Shown in pieces: positions 50,697-59,751 of a stretch of DNA of 64,000 nucleotides (positions are counted from its first letter, which is position 1; every line of letters begins with the position of its first letter). The stretch is from an uncultured Pelagibacteraceae bacterium (GTDB lineage Bacteria; Pseudomonadota; Alphaproteobacteria; Pelagibacterales; Pelagibacteraceae). A program made the translations under genes and the position numbers. Location: NCBI GenBank assembly GCA_902635515.1, contig CACPOD010000003.1, positions 33,669-97,668 on the forward strand. The letters are read 5' to 3'. The notes under the pieces were generated by a model. The model did not search any database. It saw only the letters and a list, made by a program, of their open reading frames with translations, and was not told the DNA's origin.

Positions 50697-52183
50697 TTTG
50701 CTCCTCCCATTAGTATCCCAAGTTTTTCAGAGGTAACTTCTTCAGAATTCATAATTTTTGACAACTTTCCTTTATGAATTACTGAAATTTTATCACTTAA
50801 TTTTAATAACTCATCAGTGTCTGTAGATATTAATATAATTGATTTATTTTGTTCATTGATTTTAATCAATGTTTCGTGGATATAATTTATTGCTCCAACA
50901 TCTAGACCCCAAGTTGGATTAAAACAAATTAATAAATCTGGAGATGTTATTAATTCTCTTCCAATAATTAATTTTTGAAGATTACCTCCGGACAAAAATT
51001 GGCTTTTTAATTCAATGTTGTCCGTATTTACATTAAAATCTGAAATTATTTTTTTGGAATGTTCTTTAATTTTGTTTTCGTTTATTAATCCATTATTAAA
51101 AAAATTTGATGATTTAAAATTGTTTAGAGCTACATTTTCAAAAATTTTCATTTGTGGAATTGCAGCCTGCTCAAGCCTATCCTCTGGAGAAAAGGCCATC
51201 AAATATTCTCTTCTTTCTTGAGGACTTAAATCTCCTATGTAATTATTGTTAAATTCAATAGAGTTCTTTTCCGAAATAATTTCACCACTTAATACTTGAA
51301 ATAATTCACTTTGTCCGTTTCCTGATATACCAGCAATTCCTAAACACTCCCCTCGATTAACAGAAAAATTAATATCCGTTAAATTTGTTTCAAAAGGATC
51401 TTCACTTGTAAAATTAAGATTCGTTATTTTAATTAATTGATCTGATGAAGTTTTTGCTTTTTTTTTCTTAATTGTTTTTAGGTTCTGACCCACCATTTTG
51501 TTAGCAAGTGACTCAATATTTTCGTTCTTTATTTCACTTACAGAAACCAACTTTCCTCTTCTCATTACAGCAACTTCATCACAAAGCTGCATAACTTCCT
51601 TTAGTTTATGTGTAATGTAAATAATTAAAATTCCTTCATCTGAAAATTTTTTCAACGATAAGAATAATTCACTCGTTTCTTGTTCTGTTAATACAGATGT
51701 TGGTTCATCCATAATTAAAACTTTTGGACTCCTTATTAGGCATCTTATTATTTCCACTTTCTGTTTTTGACCTGCTGATAGATTTAGAACAGGAATATCA
51801 AGATCAATTGAAAAATTATATTTTTTCATAATTGCATCAATTTTTTCTCTTACACTTTCCCTTTGTTCATCTGAGTCTATTATTAAGTTTTCAAATACGG
51901 ACAAAGTTTCAAAAAGATTAAAATGCTGGAATACCATTCCGATATCATTTTTTTTTGCATCTAATGGTGAATTAAGCTTTAGATAATTTTCATTTAAATA
52001 AATTTTACCTTCGTCAGGAATGATGACTCCTGATAGAATTTTAACTAGTGTAGATTTTCCAGCACCATTTTCTCCAAGAAGAGCATAAATTTTACCACTA
52101 TTAAATTCGAGTGAAATATTGTCGTTTGCAACACACCCAGGATATATTTTAGTTACATTTGAAATTTTAAGGTTTGTATTCAT
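50693..52183 (-). CDS. Nucleoside/sugar ABC transporter ATPase (two fused NBDs)
   Basis: GENGAGKST, DEPT; degenerate second NBD GISGNGQSE, LSGGNLQK, PTWGLD. Confidence 0.93.
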   Translation of the reverse strand: MNTNLKISNVTKIYPGCVANDNISLEFNSGKIYALLGENGAGKSTLVKILSGVIIPDEGKIYLNENYLKLNSPLDAKKNDIGMVFQHFNLFETLSVFENLIIDSDEQRESVREKIDAIMKKYNFSIDLDIPVLNLSAGQKQKVEIIRCLIRSPKVLIMDEPTSVLTEQETSELFLSLKKFSDEGILIIYITHKLKEVMQLCDEVAVMRRGKLVSVSEIKNENIESLANKMVGQNLKTIKKKKAKTSSDQLIKITNLNFTSEDPFETNLTDINFSVNRGECLGIAGISGNGQSELFQVLSGEIISEKNSIEFNNNYIGDLSPQERREYLMAFSPEDRLEQAAIPQMKIFENVALNNFKSSNFFNNGLINENKIKEHSKKIISDFNVNTDNIELKSQFLSGGNLQKLIIGRELITSPDLLICFNPTWGLDVGAINYIHETLIKINEQNKSIILISTDTDELLKLSDKISVIHKGKLSKIMNSEEVTSEKLGILMGGAN

Positions 52184-52186
52184 TAA

Positions 52187-52777
52187 TTAATTTAATGGTA
52201 TAGAATTTCCATCCTTATTTTCCTGATATTGATTTGATAATTTTTGATATTTTTTTTTAATTTCATCTAATTGATTTAAAATATTTTCATTTTTTGAAGA
52301 AGGTATATTTTCAATAAGTAAATCTATATTCTGACTTTTCCAATATGAATTTTCTTTATTATATTCTCCATCATTAATTTTAAATACTTCTTTGAGTATA
52401 TTTAAATCATGTGGAATATTAAATTCATCATTTGTGGCAGTATACGGAAACAAATAATAAAAATTATCAAATCCAGAAAATGTGATTGCACTTAAACACA
52501 TACTGCAAGGCTCATGTGAACTTAAGAACATGCAGTCTTTTTCTTTTGGTCTTTTACTTGCATCTAATTCATAAAATTTTTTAAGAGTATGCATCTCACC
52601 ATGCCACATTGGATTTTCTATTTCATTGTTTGTTTCTGCAACTACAAGAGATAAATCATCTTTTTTAATTATTGCGGCACCAAATATTTTACTACCTTTG
52701 GCAACACCTTGTTCAGTTAAGGGTAAAACTTCTTTTAAAAATATATTTAGTATCTTTTCTAGGGCTTTTTCATTCAT
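52187..52777 (-). CDS. Second nucleoside/nucleobase deaminase (CDA superfamily), substrate unknown
   Basis: FGAAI, NPMWHGE, HEPCSMCLSA zinc ligands. Confidence 0.85.
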   Translation of the reverse strand: MNEKALEKILNIFLKEVLPLTEQGVAKGSKIFGAAIIKKDDLSLVVAETNNEIENPMWHGEMHTLKKFYELDASKRPKEKDCMFLSSHEPCSMCLSAITFSGFDNFYYLFPYTATNDEFNIPHDLNILKEVFKINDGEYNKENSYWKSQNIDLLIENIPSSKNENILNQLDEIKKKYQKLSNQYQENKDGNSIPLN

Positions 52778-52903
52778 ATGCTTGGACCATCAAATAAAGA
52801 ACACAATTGTTACTATAATTAAACTATAAAGTAATAAGAAATAAATTATTTATACAACTTAAAAGTTAATAATTTGTGAAACAAAAAGTGTTAATTTAAA
52901 CTT

Positions 52904-53209
52904 ATGTCAAAATTAAAATCAGCAATAAGTCTTGTAATTATATTAATTTTTTTTTCAGGGTGTCAAACTGTTAAAGATAAAACAGATGCTATTGTTGAAA
53001 AGGAAAACGAAAAATTAAGTAAATTTCTTGGAAAATCAGCTAGTGAACTTCAGATGGAGCTTGGAAAACCAGACGAGGACTTTAAAAATGCTAAAGGCAA
53101 TTTTGAGTTTGTTTATAATAGTAAAAAATACCTTGTTCCATGTGAACGTAGGTTTGAAATAAATTCAGAAAATATAGTTGTGGGTTTTGTTTCAAACGGT
53201 TGCTTTTAA
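52904..53209 (+). CDS. Hypothetical lipoprotein
   Basis: FSGC lipobox; LGKPD motif reminiscent of SmpA/OmlA-type small domains; extra Cys pair. Confidence 0.75.
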   Translation: MSKLKSAISLVIILIFFSGCQTVKDKTDAIVEKENEKLSKFLGKSASELQMELGKPDEDFKNAKGNFEFVYNSKKYLVPCERRFEINSENIVVGFVSNGCF

Positions 53210-53347
53210 AATTTATTAATTAAAATAAATCTGCTCATTATAGGTTTTTTTCACTATCTAAAGTGGAGTTCTTCTAAACTAATCAGTTTTTTTATATTAA
53301 TTCATAGCCAATAATGTAACGTCTATTTAGTTAACGACGGAGGTTAT

Positions 53348-54670
53348 ATGGCTTCAAGAAAAACAAAAGCGGGCTCTACAAACAGTCCGGATAAAAAACT
53401 TCCATTAAATAAATCCATACCTTTAGGAATTCAGCACGTACTAGCAATGTTTGCTGGTAATATAACAGTTCCTATTATTGTGGCTGGAGTTTTTGGTCAA
53501 ACGCCTGAACAAAAAATATTTTTGATTCAAATGGCTTTGTTTGTTGCAGGAGTTGCAACAATTATCCAAACAGTTGGATACAAAGAAATTGGTGCAAGAC
53601 TTCCTATTGTTCAAGGAACAAGTTTTGCGTTTATACCAATTATGCTACCATTTAAAGCAGCAGGATTAGGTGCTGTATTTACAGCAGCGTTCATTGGAGG
53701 AATTTTTCAAATTTTTATTGGAAAAGTTTTAAAACCAATAAGACATCTATTTCCACCATTAGTCACTGGTATAGTTGTACTAATGATTGGATTTAGTTTG
53801 CTTAAAGTTGGTTTTATGTATGCTGGTGGAGGTGGATGGTTAATGAATAATAAACCTGAAATCTTTGCAAATGCAAATCATTTAACAGTTGCTTTCACAG
53901 TGTTTATAGTTGCTATCTTTTTTAATCTTAGAGGTAAAGGGATGGCTTCTGCAGGATCAATCTTAATTGGAATAGTAGCCGGCTTCATAGTTGCAGCTGC
54001 ACTTGGAATGGTTAACTACGGAAAAATTGCTTCCGCATCATGGTTTGCATTTCCAATGCCACTTCAATATGGAATTGATTTTGTACCCGGTGCAATAATT
54101 CTAATGTTGTTTATGTCAGTTGTTACAACAATTGAAACAATTGGAGATATAAGTGCTACGACAATGGGTGGTGCTAAACGAGAGGCAACAGATAAAGAAA
54201 TATCAGGTGGAATTATGGCAGATGGTGTTGGTACTGCATTTGGTGCAATATTTAATGCGATGCCAAATACATCTTATTCGCAAAATGCTGGACTAGTTGC
54301 GTTTACAGGAGTTGTAAGTAGACACGTTGGGACCATAGCTGGAATAGTTTTAGTTCTTATGGGATTATTTCCAAAATTAGGTGGAATAATTGCAGCGATG
54401 CCAGAGTCTGTGATAGGTGGAGCAGCAATTATTATGTTTGGTATGATTGTAGCTGCTGGTATTAAATTGATTTCAAGGGCAGAAATGGATCAAAGAAATT
54501 TATTAATCTTAGCTCTTTCTTTGTCTTTTGGAATTGGAATGTCATTGTTACCAGACTTTGTGAAAAATATTCCAGATTTTGGAATAAGTTTAAAACTACT
54601 GTTAACAACTGGACTTATACCCGCTGGATTACTAGCATTTGTTTTAAATGCTATAATGGCAAAGAAATAA
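53348..54670 (+). CDS. NCS2/NAT xanthine-uric acid permease
   Basis: QHVLAMF, GTSFAF, ETIGD, NTSYSQNAGLVAFTG NAT signature; GGAGG SD. Confidence 0.93.
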   Translation: MASRKTKAGSTNSPDKKLPLNKSIPLGIQHVLAMFAGNITVPIIVAGVFGQTPEQKIFLIQMALFVAGVATIIQTVGYKEIGARLPIVQGTSFAFIPIMLPFKAAGLGAVFTAAFIGGIFQIFIGKVLKPIRHLFPPLVTGIVVLMIGFSLLKVGFMYAGGGGWLMNNKPEIFANANHLTVAFTVFIVAIFFNLRGKGMASAGSILIGIVAGFIVAAALGMVNYGKIASASWFAFPMPLQYGIDFVPGAIILMLFMSVVTTIETIGDISATTMGGAKREATDKEISGGIMADGVGTAFGAIFNAMPNTSYSQNAGLVAFTGVVSRHVGTIAGIVLVLMGLFPKLGGIIAAMPESVIGGAAIIMFGMIVAAGIKLISRAEMDQRNLLILALSLSFGIGMSLLPDFVKNIPDFGISLKLLLTTGLIPAGLLAFVLNAIMAKK

Positions 54671-54680
54671 TTAATTTAAA

Positions 54681-54704
54681 CTTGTGGGGAGAAATCCCCA
54701 CAAG
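54681..54704. terminator. Hairpin terminator between the convergent NCS2 and ibpA genes
   Basis: Perfect 10-bp stem CTTGTGGGGA-GAAA-TCCCCACAAG; U tracts are weak. Confidence 0.7.
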
Positions 54705-54717
54705 CAAGGTTTAAGAT

Positions 54718-55164
54718 TTATTTAATTTCAATAAGCTTCTTTTTTTTATGTTCTGGAATTATTCTTTCACAAGATATTGTTAAAAGACCATCTTTAAGTT
54801 CAGCACCATTAACTTTTACATCATCAGCAATAGTGAATGATCTTGCAAATTGTCTTTGAGAAATACCTTTATGAATAATTTCTCCATTAACATCACTGTC
54901 CTCAGACTTATTAACTTGTTTTGTTCTTACTGTTAATAAATTGTCCTCGAACTCAACCTCAACGTCTTTTTTGCTAAAGCCAGCCAATGCCACTTCAATT
55001 GCATAGTTGTCTTTACCTGTCTTTCGGATGTTGTATGGTGGATAATTTGACTGCATCGTCAAATTCCCATTTCCCAACATATTTTCAAATTGGTCAAACA
55101 TGTCATCAAAACCAATTGAAAAAGGTCTAAGTGAGTTAAATATAGATAGATCCTTACTTGTCAT
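54718..55164 (-). CDS. ibpA: Small heat-shock protein (IbpA/Hsp20)
   Basis: SIGFD, NYPPYNI, EVALAGF, HKGISQRQF.RSF, GLL. Confidence 0.95.
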   Translation of the reverse strand: MTSKDLSIFNSLRPFSIGFDDMFDQFENMLGNGNLTMQSNYPPYNIRKTGKDNYAIEVALAGFSKKDVEVEFEDNLLTVRTKQVNKSEDSDVNGEIIHKGISQRQFARSFTIADDVKVNGAELKDGLLTISCERIIPEHKKKKLIEIK

Positions 55165-55220
55165 AATATCCTCCTTTGTTAAGCAAGTTTATTTATGTAA
55201 GCCCCATTAGGCGACTAACT
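55165..55220 (-). ncRNA. ROSE-like RNA thermometer in the ibpA 5'UTR
   Basis: CUUGCU pairs with the SD AGGAG leaving a bulged G; upstream hairpin GUUAGUCGCC-UAAU-GGGGCUUAC. Confidence 0.7.
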
Positions 55221-55225
55221 ATGTT

Positions 55226-55254
55226 TATATGGGAATTAATTTTTTTTTTTCAAG
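55226..55254 (-). promoter_or_regulatory. sigma32 (RpoH) promoter of ibpA
   Basis: Minus strand CTTGAA-N15-CCCATATA upstream of a heat-shock gene. Confidence 0.8.
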
Positions 55255-55266
55255 ATTTAAAATGTA

Positions 55267-57342
55267 CTAAATTTTTTTAGAAATCTTTAATGCAAATGCA
55301 TAGTCAATAGCAATTTCTTCTATTGCCCCATCTCTTCCAGATTTTCCACCATGACCAGCATTCATTTCGGTTTTTAAAAGAAGTAAATTATTATCTGTTT
55401 TATAGTCTCTAAGTTTTGCTGTGAACTTTGCAGGTTCATCAAATAAAACTCTATTATCACTTAAACTTGTTGTAATTAAAATATGTGGATAATCCATTTT
55501 TTTAATATTGTTATAGGGCGCATATGAAAAAATATAATCAAAATGTTCTTTATTCTCTTTTGCATTTCCAAATTCGTCAAATTCTCCCACAGTTAAAGGT
55601 AAAGAATGATCAAGATTTGTTGTTAAAGAATCCACAAAAGGAACAGCCATTATAATTCCTAAAAATAATTCAGGAGATTGATTGACTACAGCTCCCATTA
55701 ATAATCCTCCAGCTGATCCACCCATTCCAATAATATTTCCTTTTGACGTATAATTCTTTTCGATCAAGTATTTTGCTGCGTGAATATAATCTTCAAAAGT
55801 ATTCTTTTTGTTTATTAATTTTCCCTCTTTCCACCACTTCATACCTTTTTCCATACCACCTCTAATGTGAGCTGTAGCCCAAATTATATCTCTATTGATA
55901 AGACTTAACCTTGTAGAAGAAAAACTTGGGGACATAGAATTTCCATAAGACCCATATCCATACAATAAAACATTTGCAGACCCATCAATTTTTGTTTTTT
56001 TATGTCTAGTAATTGTTAATGGAACCATTCTTCCGTCATGAGATTTAAACTCAACTCTTTCAACAATATAGTCATCTTTATTATGACCAGATGGGATCTC
56101 TTGTTCTTTAACAAGTTCTTTAGATTTTGTTGCTAAATTATATTTAAATACTCTAGAAGGAGTTTTAGGTGATGAGTATCCTAAATGAACTTCATCAGTA
56201 TTTCTATCTTTTTGAGTTAAGCTTACTCCTGGAACATAAACAGATTCATCAGAAAAAATTAATTCTTCTTCTATATTTGTAGAAATATTTTTGACAAATA
56301 ATTTATCTAGTGCATCTGATGTTTCACCACGAATAATCCAATTTTTAAGGAATGTTAATCCGCCAATTAAAACTTCATCTTTTGCTGAAATATATGCTTT
56401 CCAATTTTGATTTTCTAAATTGTCACAAATATCAATTTTAAAGTCTTCAGCATTTTTATTTGTATGATTATAAAATTTACCATCCCATGAATTAACAGAA
56501 TACAGAACACCTCTTTCCCTTTTAATAATAAGTTTTGGAGATGGATTTAATTCATCTGATTTAAAATAATATTGCTCTGAAGTATTATGGTCAGAAGTAT
56601 TTATAAAAAAATATTTTTCATCTGAGCTTTTTCCAATTCCTACTGTAAAAGCCTCACTTTTCTCCTCAAATATTAATTCATCTTTGCCCTCAAAATCACC
56701 TATTCTGTGCCTGTATATTGTTCTTGCTCTATGATTTTCATCAAGTTTAGAATAAAAAATATATTTATCATCCAAACTAAATGTTATTCCCCCTGATGTT
56801 TCTATTATTTCTTTTGAAATAATTTTGTTTGTTTTTATATCTCTTAAATAAATTGTGTAATACTCAGAACCTTTGAGATCTAAAGAGTATCCTAGATATT
56901 TATCATTATTACTTACTTCTAAATCTCCAACTCCAAAATATTCAGTTTTGAGTTTTTCTTTTTCTTTATCTCCATTCCATATTTCTTCTATATTTTCTGA
57001 ACCAATTTTTTTTCTAAGTTTTATTGAATAATTTCCTTTTGTTGTAGTTTTTGTCCAATACTCATAAGTATGATCTTTATAGGGTAAAGATTCATCATCT
57101 AATTTAATTCTTGCTTTAATCTCATCAAATAATTTTTTTTGGATATCTTTTGTATCTTTTAAATGATGCTCTGAGTAAGCATTTTCATCTTCTAAATATT
57201 TTTTCACTTCAGGATCTAACTTACTTTTATCTCTGAGAACTTCCAAAATATTATCTTGATGAATCCAGCTGTAATTGTCTTCCCAATCAATATTGTGACA
57301 AGTTTTTATCTCTAGTTTTTTTTTAAGTTGTGGTACTTTCAT
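55267..57342 (-). CDS. ptrB: Oligopeptidase B (S9A)
   Basis: YGYGSYG, GGSAGG nucleophile, DNRV, AGHGG. Confidence 0.93.
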   Translation of the reverse strand: MKVPQLKKKLEIKTCHNIDWEDNYSWIHQDNILEVLRDKSKLDPEVKKYLEDENAYSEHHLKDTKDIQKKLFDEIKARIKLDDESLPYKDHTYEYWTKTTTKGNYSIKLRKKIGSENIEEIWNGDKEKEKLKTEYFGVGDLEVSNNDKYLGYSLDLKGSEYYTIYLRDIKTNKIISKEIIETSGGITFSLDDKYIFYSKLDENHRARTIYRHRIGDFEGKDELIFEEKSEAFTVGIGKSSDEKYFFINTSDHNTSEQYYFKSDELNPSPKLIIKRERGVLYSVNSWDGKFYNHTNKNAEDFKIDICDNLENQNWKAYISAKDEVLIGGLTFLKNWIIRGETSDALDKLFVKNISTNIEEELIFSDESVYVPGVSLTQKDRNTDEVHLGYSSPKTPSRVFKYNLATKSKELVKEQEIPSGHNKDDYIVERVEFKSHDGRMVPLTITRHKKTKIDGSANVLLYGYGSYGNSMSPSFSSTRLSLINRDIIWATAHIRGGMEKGMKWWKEGKLINKKNTFEDYIHAAKYLIEKNYTSKGNIIGMGGSAGGLLMGAVVNQSPELFLGIIMAVPFVDSLTTNLDHSLPLTVGEFDEFGNAKENKEHFDYIFSYAPYNNIKKMDYPHILITTSLSDNRVLFDEPAKFTAKLRDYKTDNNLLLLKTEMNAGHGGKSGRDGAIEEIAIDYAFALKISKKI

Positions 57343-57357
57343 CTAATAAAGAAATAT

Positions 57358-57861
57358 ATGAATATTATTATTTATCTACTTGTAATTTTAGTCATCTTAT
57401 ATTTTTTATTAAGATGGTGGTCAAATATTTCTCCAAAAAAAATGTCAAAAGGAGTGAGGCTGATAACAATTTTATTGTTGGCTTTGTTAGCAGTTTTATT
57501 TGCTATTGGTGGAAAATTTTTACTCACATTACCATTAACTCTTGCAAGTCTTGCTTTAGTTAAACTTAAAGGTTTGTCATTGATACAATTGCTTTCTCTT
57601 TATAGACTTATTCAAACTTTGAGGAGTTCTGGAAGATTTTCTTTTAATCAATATCAAAATAATAATTCTTCATCATTATCGATATCTGAGGCATACAAGA
57701 TATTAAATTTAGATATTAATAAAAAACCAACCAAAGAAATTGTTAATAAAGCTTATCAGAAAATTCAAAAAAAAATTCACCCAGATATTTCTCCAGAGAC
57801 CTCAAGATTGTCAGCTATAGTCAATGAAGCTAAAGAAATAGTTCTTAAAGATATTTCTTAA
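57358..57861 (+). CDS. Membrane-anchored protein with C-terminal J-domain (likely start ATG 57358)
   Basis: Hydrophobic N-terminus; EAYKILNL..KIHPD..VNEAKE with HPD motif. Confidence 0.8.
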   Translation: MNIIIYLLVILVILYFLLRWWSNISPKKMSKGVRLITILLLALLAVLFAIGGKFLLTLPLTLASLALVKLKGLSLIQLLSLYRLIQTLRSSGRFSFNQYQNNNSSSLSISEAYKILNLDINKKPTKEIVNKAYQKIQKKIHPDISPETSRLSAIVNEAKEIVLKDIS

Positions 57862-58817
57862 TTAATTATTGATAATAGTTTTTCATAAATCTTATCTGGA
57901 TTTATTTTATCTTTACCGTGAGTGTTGTGAGAAACAGTAGTTTCTCCATCAGGAATTATTGGATGCATATTTGTATTATAAGAACCATAAATTAATGGTG
58001 TATCTGCCATTAATGTAATTGTTTTAATTCCTAATGCTGATGATAAATGCGAGAAACTTGTATCATTGCAAATTGCAACATTACAATTTTTTATAATAGG
58101 TAATGTTTCTTTTATACTGAGGTTATCTAAAGCAACACACTTTTCTCTAAATTTTGTATTTAATATTTCCATTAAGATTTTTTGCTCATCTTCATTTTTA
58201 CCTGTAGCTAAAAAAAACCTGCATTTTTTAAAATTTTCTAATCTTTCCATTACGTTTAAAAAAGTTTTTGATGGTATTCTTTTTGTTGGGCCTGAGCCAC
58301 CTATACCCAACAAAACATTAAGTTCATCATTTATATTAAATTTTACTGCTGATTTTTGAACCAGATCATTATCAATTTGAATTTCTGGATTATCACTAGT
58401 TTCAATATCTAAATATTTTTTTATTAATATTTTAGCAGATTCTGTAATATGTTGATTTTGTTTTTCAAATAAAGGGTATTGAAATATTTGTTTAATACCT
58501 GCATATCTAGAAATTAAGTTATACCTTAAAGATGAATTAAAAATAAAAACTTTATCGAAATTATATTTTTTAAGATCACTAGCTAATTTAAAAAATCCTT
58601 TAAAACCATCATGTTTTTTATTTACTTTATTATCTCTTTCTAAGTGAATTATTTCATCAATATAACTTGTTTGATTTAAAAACTCGTTAGCTTTTGAATT
58701 TTCTTTCACCAACAAACTAACGGGCACTCCAAATTTATTTGAAATAGCTTTAATATAGGGTAAGAAAATTACTGTATCACCTATACCCATCCTGTTTTGA
58801 ATAGCTAATATTTTCAT
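57858..58817 (-). CDS. Glycosyltransferase family 9 (heptosyltransferase-like; likely start ATG 58817)
   Basis: MGIGD, KRIP, CNDTSFSHLSSALG. Confidence 0.88.
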   Translation of the reverse strand: MKILAIQNRMGIGDTVIFLPYIKAISNKFGVPVSLLVKENSKANEFLNQTSYIDEIIHLERDNKVNKKHDGFKGFFKLASDLKKYNFDKVFIFNSSLRYNLISRYAGIKQIFQYPLFEKQNQHITESAKILIKKYLDIETSDNPEIQIDNDLVQKSAVKFNINDELNVLLGIGGSGPTKRIPSKTFLNVMERLENFKKCRFFLATGKNEDEQKILMEILNTKFREKCVALDNLSIKETLPIIKNCNVAICNDTSFSHLSSALGIKTITLMADTPLIYGSYNTNMHPIIPDGETTVSHNTHGKDKINPDKIYEKLLSIIN

Positions 58818-58866
58818 AGTTAATTTATAAACTTTACTAATTAATATTTTTATATAAATTTTTACT

Positions 58867-59751
58867 ATGAGTAAAATTAAAGGCATTTATGCGGCTTCAA
58901 TGTCGATCTTAAATGATGATTTGACGCTTGATATTAAAAAAACCATTCAGCACGCAGAAATGGTTATAGACAATGGTTGTCACGGAGCAGCTATATTTGG
59001 AAGTACAGGGCAAGCTCAACTTATACCTGTCTCTGAAAAAATTAATTTGTTAAATCATCTGACTTCAAGCAAATACAAAGAAAAGTATATTATTGGTACT
59101 GGTTTAAATTCTTTGGGTGAAACAATTAATTTAATGAGGGTTTCTAAATCTTTAGGTTTCAATAGATTCTTAATTATGCCACCTGCTTACTATAAATATG
59201 GGGACAAAGATGTAATAGAATTTTATAGCAAAATAGTAGAGGCAATTTCTGATTGTGAAATAGTACTATATAATTTTGAAAAACTCTGTGGTTATAAGTT
59301 TAGTATTGAATGTATTGAAGAGTTAGTAAAAAAATACCCAAAAAATATTATTGGAGTAAAAGATAGTTCTTACAATCTTTTTGAAAACTTAAAAATTGAC
59401 AATTTTTCAGTTTTACCTGGATCAGAATCTAAATTATTTAAAGGACTTCAGCTAGGCTGTTCAGGAATTATAACAGCTACATGTAATGCTACTTCTTTAC
59501 TGGCAAGAAAAGTTTATGATGATTTTAATGATGGACATGACCAGACAGTAAACCAAAATCTTTGTGAGGTAAGAGCTGAATTTGAAAAATATAATTTGAT
59601 TTCAGGTTTACACACATATTTTAGTAAAAAAGAAATATATTATAAAAATCTTTTACCACCACTAAGCATTTTAAATTCTAAAGATGAAACAGATTTAATC
59701 AATAATTTGGAAAAGTTAAATTTTTCATTAAAAAATACCAAGGCGGCATAA
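58867..59751 (+). CDS. DapA-family class I aldolase/lyase, probably not true DHDPS
   Basis: GSTGQ, PPAYY, LYNF, GVKDSS Schiff-base Lys. Confidence 0.85.
   Translation: MSKIKGIYAASMSILNDDLTLDIKKTIQHAEMVIDNGCHGAAIFGSTGQAQLIPVSEKINLLNHLTSSKYKEKYIIGTGLNSLGETINLMRVSKSLGFNRFLIMPPAYYKYGDKDVIEFYSKIVEAISDCEIVLYNFEKLCGYKFSIECIEELVKKYPKNIIGVKDSSYNLFENLKIDNFSVLPGSESKLFKGLQLGCSGIITATCNATSLLARKVYDDFNDGHDQTVNQNLCEVRAEFEKYNLISGLHTYFSKKEIYYKNLLPPLSILNSKDETDLINNLEKLNFSLKNTKAA

Noticed and set aside
50693-51400. Degenerate Walker motifs in the second NBD of the ABC ATPase
   Set aside because: Normal for fused sugar/nucleoside ABC ATPases; not a pseudogene
38200-54720. Purine cluster as a mobile element
   Set aside because: No integrase, transposase, tRNA target or flanking direct repeats seen, and composition looks like the flanks
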